Assembly: GCA_010093605.1 (NCBI GenBank)
Contig: MU004184.1
Coordinates: 2,366,801 to 2,404,651 of the forward strand
Length of the DNA stretch: 37,851 nucleotides
From: Lophium mytilinum
Taxonomy: Eukaryota
Reading direction: 5' to 3'
Part shown: in pieces, positions 8,312 to 19,400 of the stretch
Layout: each line of letters starts with the position of its first letter
Position numbering within the stretch: position 1 is the stretch's first letter
Position numbers and translations under genes: made by a program
Notes under the pieces: model-generated
The model's input: the letters and a program-made list of their open reading frames with translations, nothing else
Told to the model about the DNA's origin: nothing
Databases searched by the model: none

Positions 8312-11300
8312 ATGGATCACCAGTCATCAACACCCGAGCATGCACCCCAAGAGGCACGACTTGTGGAAAATGCATCCCAAGCACCCCAGTTGGCTTCAGC
8401 AGTCGCCTCGCTCGACGTGCCAACAGTCACGAACCCATACATCGGACCACCACCCACGAACCCATACATCGGACCACCAGCCACGAACCCAGCCATCGCA
8501 GCACCAGACGCAAACTCATCGAATTCCAACCCAAACCCCGAACCTATAGCGCTTGTTGAACCAGTCCAATATATTAAAGGAGCCGAAGCCCCGATGACTC
8601 GGGGCGAAGAAAAGAATGGAGATACGCGCATTGAGAAGGAAAAGGAAAAGGCCGCGACGTACGAACTAGCGCACGTACGCAAAGATGAAGAAGCCGCCCA
8701 GAGCGTTGCCGAACCCAAGCAGCAGATTCCAAAGATGGACGATGGATACTACGGAGTGAACCAGTTCTATAATGAGGCTAGGTGGTCAGAGGCGGAACTG
8801 GGGCCTCAGCCATGGAACAAAACGGCAGAATTTCCCAGTCGTGCCCTTTCACTTCGTGATGCGATGCCCGACCACACTCGTCTAGAGGAAGAGACCATGG
8901 AAGCGCGGCGCGAGAGCGACGTCGCCTTATCGCCCCCGATCGCTCGCACGCCAGAGGTCCCGCCGCCGATTGCTCGCACGCCAGAAGTATCGTTGCCGAT
9001 TGCTCGCACACCAGAGGTACCGCCGCCGACTGAGAATGCCGCAGCAAACATGGACTTTGAACCTACGAGTAGTGAAGATCCCCCTCCTAACACTTCAACG
9101 ACAACTCCGGAGACTCTCGACTCCGAGGACCCTGTCGACCCCGAGATTCTCCGCAAACGTTCGTTGCTCGTCCCGTACCCTGGCGAGCCCACTCCTCTCG
9201 TGACACCGATATACATCCAGGGCCTAACTTCCATAGCCAGGAAGGAGAAGGACACGTTGGAGAAAATGGTAGCGGCTGAATGGGAAGCGCTGCAACGGAG
9301 CACGAAAGGTTCGGATGGGGAAGCTAAAGCCGTGAAGCAGCTTGCGACATGGTCGCGGACCTTGACTCTTAACGAGGAACGAGAGAACCGTTCTCCGGCG
9401 AAGACGGCGGCAAAGACGCCCAAGGAGGACGATGCGAAAGGGGAGGCGGCCAAAAAAGAGGAAAAGGCGCATCGTTTTTCAGCCGGTCTCGCTTATGCGG
9501 AGATGCCCCATATGCCCCAGGAGCTCCAAGGACTGATCAAACCCATGGATATCATGAAAATTGCCAGTCTTGCGGAAGACAAGAAGGAGGGACACAAAAA
9601 GGTTGTCGCTGAGCAGTGGTATTGCCTCGCAGCCTACCCAAAAGACTCCCCGGAATACATCTTAGCTCACGAAACGCTCACCAAATGTACAAAAGTCTTT
9701 GCACAATTGTACCAAGAGGGGATGCAGCAGAACACTATCCAGGAAGCATCGAAGGCTCCACAGGAATTGACCTTGATTCCAACTGGTCAGTCTAGCACAG
9801 ATGCGAACAGTGCAACAGACCTCAGCATCTACGGCGTCATCCGACCCGAAGAAATCCTTAACCTCCCACTTTCCGATGCAACAAAGGGCCACTACCATGC
9901 CAAGGCTTCCACTCTCTGGAACACGCTCCAGACTGCTCAGAAAGACACGCGGACGTTTGAGCTGGCCTACAAGAATTATGCCCAACTGTCGTGGAAAGTT
10001 AGGCAAATCGCGCGCGAGCGTCAAGTCCAGCCGCCGGCACCGCAGCCTATTCAAGACGAGCAGGAAACACAGGGAGCAGCCGGGTTTCCGGCATTCCAAG
10101 GGGCTTATAGAGCATATCCATCAGTGGAACCTTGGAATAATAATTATTTGCCTGTTCCGTCAGCAATGTCGTCGCTTCAGCCTTTCCAGACAGGCACCTG
10201 GACTGGGTTCAACAAGAAGACTCAGAATCTGAATCAGGCTACCGCGATGGACTATTTCGGCGCATCGTATCCAGCATACAATCAGGCCAGTTCTTACCCG
10301 GCCGCTACGGCCAGCTCTTACCAACCCGGCGGCCTTGTGGCGTGTTCGTGCCCGCAGTGCACTGCACAGCAACTGCCGACGTATCAGAACACTCTTACCG
10401 CATCCACGACATTCCCAGTTGCTATCGGGATGCCGGCTATCGCGCAGAATGGGATTCCGCAGCAGGTGCAGGCGATGAGCGCGTCCCAGCCTGTTGCAGC
10501 GCCTGCACCCGCAGCAGAACCTAAGCAGGAGATGAGCCCTGGCCAGGAGTTGATGGTGGGGGCGGAGCAAACCACTACCCGGGAGTCCGAAACGGATGAG
10601 AAGTCGACCACCACCCAGGACACCGAGGCGAAATTTGCCAAAGACGTCGCCACCATCCTCAGCCGCTACCCGGAACCCAAAGACCTAGCGGAGCTTCTCG
10701 TCAGGTCAGAGAATGACTTTCACTCTTTCAAGAAAGATAGCGTGAAAGCCTGCACTACCCTCACTGGGCTCTTGCAGGCGAAGGACAAAGTAATCGAGGC
10801 ACTCAAAGCCCAAGAGACTGATTCGGTATCGGCCGATTACCTGGAAACCGAGCGCGAGCTTGCTAACGCTAGGAAGAATATGCAAGAATTGCAGGCTGAT
10901 GTTCATCGCGTGCGTGAGGCTAAAGAAATCTTCCGGACTCGGTTCAAGGAGTGGCAAACGAAGCTAGAGAGCGCCGAACCCGCGGATAACGAGCCGGACC
11001 CCAAAGATGCCGGAGAAGAAGAACGCATGGACGACCAAGAGCGTGCGCAAGATCCACAAGACTTCCCCTTCCTATTGAAGACGGAGAACGAGAGCCAATG
11101 TGAGGAGATCGCCGACCTGCGTTCTGCAAACGAAGCGCTTGAAGCCGCGGCACGGAAAGTTTCCTCGGGATGCGAGAACTGCGTAAGATCCGCCGCCGAG
11201 CGTGAAACCGACCGCGAAAAGCTGAAGACCATGGGAGTTAAGAGCGCGGCATTGGAGAAGGAGATGGAGGTCGCATCCGAGAAATACAAGTTGTATAAAC

Positions 11301-13192
11301 ATCACTATGTCTCGCTCAGGCTCCGCTGTATCGCAGCCGCCAAGGACACCAAGGCTAGTAAGATATTGGCGGGCGAGAACGAGCAGCTCAAGAAAGCTCT
11401 CAAAGAAGGGGGCATAGCATACGATAGCCTTTCCGAACAGTTGGCCGAATTGAAGACTGTCCAGACCGACTTGGAGGAGTTGAGAAAATCCTACGACAAG
11501 ACGTTTGTCGAGTTGAAGACCACCCAAACGGCTTTAGACGAGCTAAAGAAAGCGTCCGCCCAAGCGACGATCGATTTGGATTCCGCCCGTAGGGAAGCCG
11601 GAAGACTTCAGGTTGCTCATGAAGAGGGTCAAGCTAAGCTGGCGTTCTTAGAGACTGAGGGTGAACGTACTCGGGAGAAGTTGCGCCAAGAACAAAGCAG
11701 GTTGGCCGCGATTGAGACAGAGAGACGCAAGCTTGTGGATGAGCTCAAAGAACTAAGCGACGATTCCGACAATCTCACAGCCGACCTGGACCTGGCCAAC
11801 GAGCGATTTTTGCAGCAAGGGAGCAATCTCAACGCCGTTGTCTATCACAACGCTAGACTGGCCGACGCGAAGAATGAGCTGGAGACACGTTTCAACAAGG
11901 TCAAGATGGAGCTGGAATCAGCATATTCGCAGCTTGCCCAGCAAAAAGACTGTCTGGACTTGACCGAGAAGGAGAAGCAGGATCTTGCGGCCGAGAATGA
12001 GCAACTGACAGCCAATACCATCAACCTAGAGAAACAGCTTCACGAACAAGGAGCCAAGATATCTTCCATCCTGAGTAGAAATGATGTCTTGAGCGCCGAG
12101 AAATCACAGCTCAGCAACGATCTCATGGTCATGAGTGCCAAGTACAAGGAAGTCGGTGAGAAGGTTTGCTACCACCAAGACAAACTCACCTTATCGGAGC
12201 AGAAGAACGCCGAGAACGATCAGCTTATCAAGCACCTCGCCATGGAACGCGAGCATAGCGCGAGGGAGGTCGACAACTTGAGCATGCATGTTGGAGTGGC
12301 CGAGAAAGCGATTGGCCGGCTTGAGACCGAGAATGAGCAACTTCGAGACGACCATGAACTCCTCCAGGTCGAGTACAAGAGACAGAGCGAAACCATGCAA
12401 AATCAAGCCAACTGTATAACCCAACAGGCGGGTGTTATTCAAAAGCAAAAGGAATTTCGGCAGCAGAGCGAAGACCAACTCGAGAGCTTCCAGCGTATGA
12501 GCGATCAGGTTTCCAAGCTCGACAAGACGATCCTGGACCTGGTGGCCGAGAATAAGAATTTAAACGACAAATACAAGGACGCGTGCGAACGCTTCACTGC
12601 GAATTGCCAAGAGAAAGCGAATCAGATAGCCGAAGTCGCGAGATACAGAGATCTTTTGGCGGTTGAACTTGAAGAACTTGAAGCTAAATTGGCAGATGAG
12701 ATCTCTTCGAGACACTTGGCGGAATCCGAGTTCACGAGGGTGCTTGGCGCTTTAGACGATGAGCACCAGAAAAACCACGCGCTGGAGGTTCTGATCGAAT
12801 CTCTCCAAACTTCGCTAGATGGCTCGGCGGAGAACAGTCAAAAGGCTGAATCTTGCGATGAGGCTGCTGAGATTGACGACGAGGCTGCTGAAATAGAGGC
12901 CGAGGCCGCCGAGGTCGAGGATGAGGTCTCCGAGGTCGAGGTCTCCGAGGTCGAGGATGAGGCCGCCGAGGAAGAGGATGAGGCCGCCGAGGAAGAGGAT
13001 GAGGCCGCCGAGGAAGAGGATGAGGCCGCCGAGGAAGAGGATGAGGCCGCCGAGGAAGAGGATGAGGTTTCCGAGGTCGAGGATGAGGTCTCCGAGGTCG
13101 AGGATGAGGTCTCCGAGGTCGAGGATGAAGATTGGGTGCAGCTCTCAGCGGAAGATCAGCAGCATCCGGTGTACACTGACTGGCGTCCCTAG
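8312..13192 (+). CDS. 1626-aa single-exon protein: Pro-rich N-terminus, three ~56-aa TAF12-N-terminus-like helical repeats, Q/A-rich segment, ~700-aa coiled coil and acidic repeat tail
   Basis: An uninterrupted 4.9-kb ORF. Repeats lie at 9197-9364, 9533-9700 and 9836-10000, and a heptad-like E/K/L/Q-rich region spans about 10700-12820. No catalytic motif was recognised. Confidence 0.9.
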   Translation: MDHQSSTPEHAPQEARLVENASQAPQLASAVASLDVPTVTNPYIGPPPTNPYIGPPATNPAIAAPDANSSNSNPNPEPIALVEPVQYIKGAEAPMTRGEEKNGDTRIEKEKEKAATYELAHVRKDEEAAQSVAEPKQQIPKMDDGYYGVNQFYNEARWSEAELGPQPWNKTAEFPSRALSLRDAMPDHTRLEEETMEARRESDVALSPPIARTPEVPPPIARTPEVSLPIARTPEVPPPTENAAANMDFEPTSSEDPPPNTSTTTPETLDSEDPVDPEILRKRSLLVPYPGEPTPLVTPIYIQGLTSIARKEKDTLEKMVAAEWEALQRSTKGSDGEAKAVKQLATWSRTLTLNEERENRSPAKTAAKTPKEDDAKGEAAKKEEKAHRFSAGLAYAEMPHMPQELQGLIKPMDIMKIASLAEDKKEGHKKVVAEQWYCLAAYPKDSPEYILAHETLTKCTKVFAQLYQEGMQQNTIQEASKAPQELTLIPTGQSSTDANSATDLSIYGVIRPEEILNLPLSDATKGHYHAKASTLWNTLQTAQKDTRTFELAYKNYAQLSWKVRQIARERQVQPPAPQPIQDEQETQGAAGFPAFQGAYRAYPSVEPWNNNYLPVPSAMSSLQPFQTGTWTGFNKKTQNLNQATAMDYFGASYPAYNQASSYPAATASSYQPGGLVACSCPQCTAQQLPTYQNTLTASTTFPVAIGMPAIAQNGIPQQVQAMSASQPVAAPAPAAEPKQEMSPGQELMVGAEQTTTRESETDEKSTTTQDTEAKFAKDVATILSRYPEPKDLAELLVRSENDFHSFKKDSVKACTTLTGLLQAKDKVIEALKAQETDSVSADYLETERELANARKNMQELQADVHRVREAKEIFRTRFKEWQTKLESAEPADNEPDPKDAGEEERMDDQERAQDPQDFPFLLKTENESQCEEIADLRSANEALEAAARKVSSGCENCVRSAAERETDREKLKTMGVKSAALEKEMEVASEKYKLYKHHYVSLRLRCIAAAKDTKASKILAGENEQLKKALKEGGIAYDSLSEQLAELKTVQTDLEELRKSYDKTFVELKTTQTALDELKKASAQATIDLDSARREAGRLQVAHEEGQAKLAFLETEGERTREKLRQEQSRLAAIETERRKLVDELKELSDDSDNLTADLDLANERFLQQGSNLNAVVYHNARLADAKNELETRFNKVKMELESAYSQLAQQKDCLDLTEKEKQDLAAENEQLTANTINLEKQLHEQGAKISSILSRNDVLSAEKSQLSNDLMVMSAKYKEVGEKVCYHQDKLTLSEQKNAENDQLIKHLAMEREHSAREVDNLSMHVGVAEKAIGRLETENEQLRDDHELLQVEYKRQSETMQNQANCITQQAGVIQKQKEFRQQSEDQLESFQRMSDQVSKLDKTILDLVAENKNLNDKYKDACERFTANCQEKANQIAEVARYRDLLAVELEELEAKLADEISSRHLAESEFTRVLGALDDEHQKNHALEVLIESLQTSLDGSAENSQKAESCDEAAEIDDEAAEIEAEAAEVEDEVSEVEVSEVEDEAAEEEDEAAEEEDEAAEEEDEAAEEEDEAAEEEDEVSEVEDEVSEVEDEVSEVEDEDWVQLSAEDQQHPVYTDWRP
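8429..9030 (+). repeat. Two coding minisatellites: 27-bp (TNPYIGPPx) x~3 and 30-bp (xPIARTPEVx) x3
   Basis: ACGAACCCATACATCGGACCACC repeats over about 8430-8500, and CCGAT(C/T)GCTCGCAC(G/A)CCAGA repeats over about 8935-9025. Confidence 0.85.
12857..13132 (+). repeat. 21-bp coding tandem repeat encoding acidic heptapeptides (EDEAAEE / EDEVSEV)
   Basis: GAGGATGAGGCCGCCGAGGAA occurs in five near-perfect copies, flanked by GAGGATGAGGTCTCCGAGGTC copies. Confidence 0.95.
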
Positions 13193-13680
13193 TGGAGTAG
13201 AACGAAACAGAATTTGGATGCGTTTGTTGGTTTGTTCGTGAATTTTAGGGATAGATTGGAAGAGAGTGGCAAGTAGAGAGAGGGTTAATAGTAGTTTGAT
13301 AGAGATCTTGTAGTTTTATAATAGAAATCCTACCATTAATATCTGGTGTCCGTGACTGAGAAGATGATGCGCTGAGAAGGCTGACTTAAGTGATACGAGG
13401 ATAGTGAAATATAGACCGAAACTCATTGAGAAGATCGAAATGCCGTTTTTATTTTCGCGTACATCCATATGATTTTATATGCCGTTGGAGTCTAACACGT
13501 ACCTCGTGACCATTCTCGTGCCTGATTTCGAAGATGATCCAGGCCTTTGCGCATCCCAGTCGCACTTCTAATATTCGTATGTATGCGTCGGGATGGAAAT
13601 GCTCCGCACAACAGTCTTAGGCCTCCGCCAGCCCAAACAGGCTTCCCCTTATATCCATGAGATACACATCCTCTTCACTC

Positions 13681-14299
13681 CTAGCTCGAAAAGTTCTCCG
13701 CCTCCTTCTTCCTCTTCTCAATCAACTCCATCCCCTTCTGTCTTCGCTCATCCCTCAAACTTATAAACACCCAAAACCAAACACTCAACTCCACAAAGCC
13801 CCATGTGAATACTATCGCGTTCTTCAGGTGATCCCCAACGCCACCCCTATAGTTTTTGGGCGCCAGTATCCCCCCTTCCTTAAATATATATGTGTACCCA
13901 GTGATGCCGAACAGGAAGAGGAGACGAACGGGCACTTGCGTCCCCCAGTAGATACGCGCATACTCATCGGGTAAGGAGACGGCGGTGAGATCGGAGATGC
14001 CGAGGAAAGCAAGGATGATGGCGAGGAAGGCGGTGACGGCGTTGGGGGTAGTGAAGCCGGGGGGGATGTCCTGGAAGGTTGGAGGTCAGTGTTATTGGAG
14101 ATCTCGTTGTTAAGAGAAGAAACCGGACGAGGAGACATATAAGCGGTGCATGGTAACGTACAAGGCGCATCGACTGTCCTAACAGGAAGACGATATTTTG
14201 ATCCGCAATGGTTTTTGGGGAGGTTAAGAAGAAGTAAGCGAGTGTGATGTGGAAGAGGGCTAAGCAGCGGATTATGGTGAAGGCGGAGACGAGAGCCAT
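13681..14299 (-). CDS. ILM1: Increased-loss-of-mitochondrial-DNA protein 1 family membrane protein, 175 aa; complement(join(13681..14070,14162..14299))
   Basis: Motifs MALVSAFTIIRCLALFHITLAYFFLTSP..DQNIVFLLGQSM, LGISDLTAVS..YWGTQVPVRL and LKNAIVFTWGFVE..WFWVFISLRDER. Intron 14071-14161 (GTACGT..CTGAC..CCAG) keeps the frame. Confidence 0.9.
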
Positions 14300-14501
14300 G
14301 GTTGCGCCAATTGAAAGTGTGGACCTTGGGAGAGATTTGAGGTTCATGAGATGATCTTGGTGTTGAGGTTTGGGCACCGGAGTTTGGCGGAATTTTGGAG
14401 GCTTGGCGCCAGTTACTAATCGGGATCCTCGACGACATCCCGTTTCTCTGCTATACTTTCTTTTTTCACAATCCGCTTCAAAATTGATCTTTGTAGCTAT
14501 C
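14300..14501. promoter_or_regulatory. Compact bidirectional promoter region between ILM1 and the dipeptidase
   Basis: The divergent start codons at 14299 (-) and 14502 (+) are separated by only 202 bp. Confidence 0.6.
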
Positions 14502-16110
14502 ATGTCGCTTGACACTAAAGGGGAAGGCAATTCGCCTTTCCTTCATCGAAAAAGCCACCGTTCGACTATCAAGTTCATTGTTGTACCACTTGTTTTGATA
14601 TCATCATGGATGCTTCTCTCCTTCTTCAGTCCATCTCAATTGTTTCAGCACTGCCGCAATCAGATGCACAAAGCTCATCCGTTGACAATTGAGCAACGGG
14701 CTATGAAGATTCTGAACGAAAATCCTCTAATCGGTCAGTCATAATCTCAGGTCGATTCGGCCTGGGATCTACGCTGATGGATCGCAGACGGCCATAATGA
14801 TCTCGCAATTCTCGTTCGATTTGCGTATGGAAACCACATCTACACGGACAAGTTCAAGAAGGGCTTTGAAGAAGGCGGATTGATGGGTCACGTGGATATC
14901 CCGAGGCTTGATAAGGGCAAGGTTGGTGGCAGTTTCTGGAGCGTGTTTGTGCAATGCCCCGCCAACATCACGGATTTCTCGGATGAGAACTATGCTGGGC
15001 GTGAGTTGTTCCTATTTCTTAGCTTTCGATCTCCATTTCATTGCGTGCTTTTGTCATCATTTCAATACCTTTATCCACTTGTATCCTCTTTTTTCTACCA
15101 CCAAACCTCTCCGCCCCTGCCGTATTTACCCTCCATCTTCTCGTATCGAGCCGCCGCTAAACTCTCTAGCTATCCGCCAAACCCTCGAGCAACTCGACGT
15201 CTACCGCCGCCTCGGCGCCGCCTACCCAAAATACTTCACGCCCACCCCCTCATACGCCGCCGCCCTCTCCGCCTTCTCCTCCGGCCACCTAATCTCCCCC
15301 GCCGGCATCGAAGGCCTCCACCAAATCGGCAACTCCCTCTCCACCCTCCGCCTCTACCACTCCCTCGGCGTGCGCTACGCCACCCTAACCTGGAACTGCC
15401 ACAACGCCTACGCCGACGCCGCCGTCCTCACCACCCCCAACGCCACCTACAAATCAACCCCCCTCTGGCACGGCCTCAGCACGGCCGGCCGCACCCTCGT
15501 CACCGAAATGAACCGCCTCGGCATGCTCGTCGACCTCTCCCACGTCTCCGCCGACACGATGCGCGACGCGCTCATCGGCCGCGACGGCTGGAACGGCAGT
15601 CTCGCGCCGCCCATCTTCAGCCACAGCTCCGCGTACGCCATCTGCCCGCACCCGCGCAACGTACCAGACGACGTGCTGCAGCTCGTGAAAAAGCGGAACT
15701 CGCTCGTTATGGTGAATTTCAGCCCGGATTTCATCTCGTGCGTGCCGAGCGATTCGTGGACGGGGCTGCCGGAGCTTTATAAGCCGAATGTGACGATGGG
15801 GCAGGTGGTGAGGCATATTCGGCATATTGGGGAGCTTATTGGATATGAGCATGTGGGGTTTGGGAGTGATTTTGATGGGATCCAGACGACGCCGGAGGGG
15901 TTGGATGATGTGTCGAAGTATCCGGATCTGGTGGCGGAGTTGCTGAGGCAGGGGGTGAGTGATGGGGATGTGGCGAAGGTTGTGGGCAGGAATCTGTTGA
16001 GGGTGTGGAAGGAGGCGGATGAGGTGGCGAAGAGGTTGCAGGCGGAGATGGAGCCGTTGGAGGATGAGATCAAAACTGGGTGGACGGGACTGAGCGGTGA
16101 GGAGCTATAA
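14502..16110 (+). CDS. Membrane dipeptidase (peptidase M19 / renal dipeptidase family) with N-terminal TM anchor, 461 aa; join(14502..14733,14788..15000,15170..16110)
   Basis: Motifs PLIDGHNDL, GHVDIPRL, GIEGLHQIGNS, TLTWNCHN, EMNRLGMLVDLSH, IFSHSS, HPRNVPDD and GSDFDG. Introns 14734-14787 and 15001-15169 restore the frame. Confidence 0.95.
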
Positions 16111-16431
16111 GATCCTGATGATTTCATTCTCTCCAAGCGGGACATAAGAGGAGTGCGGATTTCCGAGTCTGTACGAAATTTACATGTATATAGAGCTTGC
16201 TGTCGCATTACTCTACTGTTTCTGGGTAAGGCGCAGGAACTTTGACATTCGAGGAGTCTGGTAATTTCCCAAGTCCTATCGTTTGGGAGTCTGTCGACCA
16301 ATATTCCTGTCAGGTACGCTTTTGATGTTTTTCGGAGAGGGATCTCACTCATTCATTTCCGTGCTATTCAGCTAACTACAGCTTTGGTATAGTCAGGGAG
16401 AGGGGAATGGGGAGAAGGCGAGAGAGGGACA

Positions 16432-19400
16432 TCAGCCCTGAAACACCCACTCCTCATCATCGAGCTCCGCCCATCTCCCCAATGCCGGCGTCGTGGGCTC
16501 AGGATCCTTTGGTGCACCTTGATCAATCTCCTTACCACCTCCAATACCGTCAACGGGGCTCCCACTCTCCTCCCCGCCATTCGCAACCCCATCTTTTTGC
16601 TCGCCATGATCACTTCCTTCGCCACTCGCAACACCCTCCTCCTTCGCCTCCCACACCTCCTCCTCCCTCTCCCAGTCCTCTGCCACCTCAACTTCCTTCT
16701 TCCCCGCTAGCCCACTCTTCCGCGCCAACACCGTAAAGCGGCCGCTACCAAGTCCACTACCCGCTTTGCTGCCATACCCACCACTCACAGCACCCAATCT
16801 AGCAGCGCCACCAGCACGCCCGCCTCTCGCAGCAACCTGGCTCCACCCGGCGCCCGGTCCCGCATCCGCCTCCCTCCTATGCACATTGAGGCTAGAATCC
16901 AGGCGGACGAGCTGCAAGCTGCCCAGGCCGTGAGAATTGACGACTTTGAGCAGCGCGGGTTTAAGCGCCGTCAGTGCCGCTTCGACCTCGCGCTCCGAGT
17001 TTGTAAAAGCCGGGAGCGACGGCGTTAACGCAACCTCTTCACTGGGTAAGAACGCGATATCAAACTGCATCTTGTGCGGCTCGACTTCTGCGCGAATCGT
17101 AGCGCGGAGTTCTTCGATCGTGAGACCGAAGCGCGGGCTGGAGAGGAGGTAGCCGTTGTAGGGCTCCCCGAGTAAGTTACTCTTCTTCAAGCCAGAAGAG
17201 GCCGCGGGAGGCGGCGCGGTGTTAGCGGTCGAGACGCCTAGCGTGCGTTGGGTCTGGCGGATGCGGGCGCATTCCGCGAGGGTCTTCATAGGCGCGGTGA
17301 CGAAACGGGGAGTTTTGAAGATGGCGACGTGGCGGTGCGGCTCCGGGTCCACGCTCTCGCTATCGAAACCGAAGTCTTCGGCCAAAGCGTGTAGGAAAGC
17401 GCGGTAGGAGGAGGGCATGGGTTTGAACCGAAGCCTCCGCTCAGCCGGGTCAGCAGCAAAGAGGCGGAAGTCTTTTTCTTGCGCGGAGGCCCACTGGACG
17501 TTGTCTTGGTACAGTTTAAGCGTTTCGGTGGAGTACGGCACATGGTCGTCTGCGTGCGTAGCTTGATCGATATTCAACGCGAGCGCGAGTTTGCGGTTAC
17601 GCTCGAGGCGAGCGCATTCGTCGTCGCATTTGAGAGATTTGGTAATGTTGCCCTCGGAAGTTTTAGAGGCGCCGCATTTGGTCTCTTGCTTTATACGCTG
17701 GCAGTCGCACGTGACGAAGATTTTGTGCTGGCAAGGCCGGTCTTCTTTGCACGGATACGGGGAGTGACAGGGTGCCAGACAGGCGTGGCCGCATGTGGGA
17801 AGCTCTTTGCCGCAAGATTGTTGGCAGGGTTCTTCGCACTCGCCTGGGGTGTGGCATTGCTTTTGGCACCTGGTAAAGGTTAGCAGGCTGTATATGAGTG
17901 AAATTGCCTTGCGATAGATCTGTGTACACCCTTCTGACACCCTCTGAGAGGACCTCGCGAGTTTCCAAGTATTTCAAAGCAATGAAATCCCGCGTGTCTA
18001 GATCTTCCAAATGCATCGAGAATCTTCAGGCGTTGGTGGACAAGCGCACGCAAGTCGTTCCGCCTGATGATTACCCGTGCTTTCTAGATTCCGGAAAAGG
18101 CATCGAGGTCATCCAAAGACTGCAAACGAGTATAGGCAGATCTTTGTAGTGACGAGCTTCTACCTCTTCCAGATCTCGGACATTGCATTGAAGGACCTCA
18201 GACAGCGACAGATCGGTGTACACAGACCCATAGCGAGAGCAAAAATAGAACTTACTTGTGCGCACCACACCTCAACTTCCTCCCACAAACCTCTCCACAG
18301 CGTGCCTCCGTCCGCCAGCACGGCTGATTCCTCATAGTGTTCTTTCCACAAAGGCACGTCTTGGTCGTCAAAAACGGACATTTCGGGCACTCTTCCTCAT
18401 CTTGGTGACAATTGTGCGTAACCTGCTGGTGTCCACACGCCTTCGGCCTCTCACACTGCCACCGACAAGGGGGCGGCTTCGTGCCGCAAGGCAACGGAGG
18501 GTGTAGAGTAGTTTTGCCACAACTGCAGGAAACTTCGTCAAAGATGGCTTCGCGACACGATTCGCAGGGGCCTTTGTGACAGAGCTGCTGACAGCGATGC
18601 AACGGGTTTCCGCACTTCAAGGCTCGGTCGCAGGTCCGGGTGCAGATATGTTCGGCTTCAAAGCCATCATCGGGCCTACCTGCTGCATGAAGGGCACGAA
18701 GCTTGCGCTTACTAGCCTGACGGTCGGCTGCTTTACGCTCGCCTGGGCAGCAACGCTCTCCACACTCATGGCGACCACAATTTAAAGTGACGCGGCACAC
18801 GCGCATGCACTGGGGAGCCTCTTCGGTGCCTTGATGACAGATGGTGGACGAAGTGGTGCGGCCACATCGGCAGATGATGGAGACTTTTTGGAGGCAAGGC
18901 CTGCACTCCTCCTGATGGCAGAGTTGAACGCAAGCGTGATCGCAGGGCAGCGTTTTGCCGCAAGGCTCTGTGCAATTAGGTATCGGATCCTCACACGTCT
19001 GTCGGATCTTGGCTGATATTTCCTCTAGTGGCGTTTTACCACAAGGGCAACGTGAAACAACATCCGGTGATCGAGGGCAATGCGTCGGCTCGGCATCCTG
19101 TCTATGACACGGCTTGGAGCACGAGTGCTTTCCGCAGTCGAAGTCTCGGTCGCAATTATTCGAACATCCAAAGATTCCAGTCCACTCCGCCAACACCTTC
19201 GTTCCATCTTCAGCAATGTGCGATCGAGCGCTCTTCTCCTTCCAACCCTGCTCACAGCACATTATATCTTTCTCTACCTGCCCACAGTAACAGCGAGCGG
19301 GAACGCGGACTTCACACGCTCCGCAAGGCCCTTCGTGGCATGGTCTATCGCAAATGTGCTCACCACAGGGCATAAGTTCCCCGCAAGGCTCACCACAGCT

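Noticed and set aside
8317..12478. Numerous antisense and overlapping ORFs within the 1626-aa gene (and likewise in FAP1, RAM2 and the dehydratase)
   Set aside because: These are shadow ORFs expected from codon bias in GC-rich coding DNA.
12921..13241. Protamine-like Arg-rich ORF (RMRPPRK repeats)
   Set aside because: It is an alternate-frame reading of the 21-bp acidic repeat in the 8312 gene and has no independent support.
14502..16110. GliJ/SirJ-type dipeptidase implying an ETP toxin cluster
   Set aside because: No NRPS, GST, thioredoxin reductase or P450 is nearby. The neighbours are housekeeping genes and the protein has an N-terminal TM anchor.
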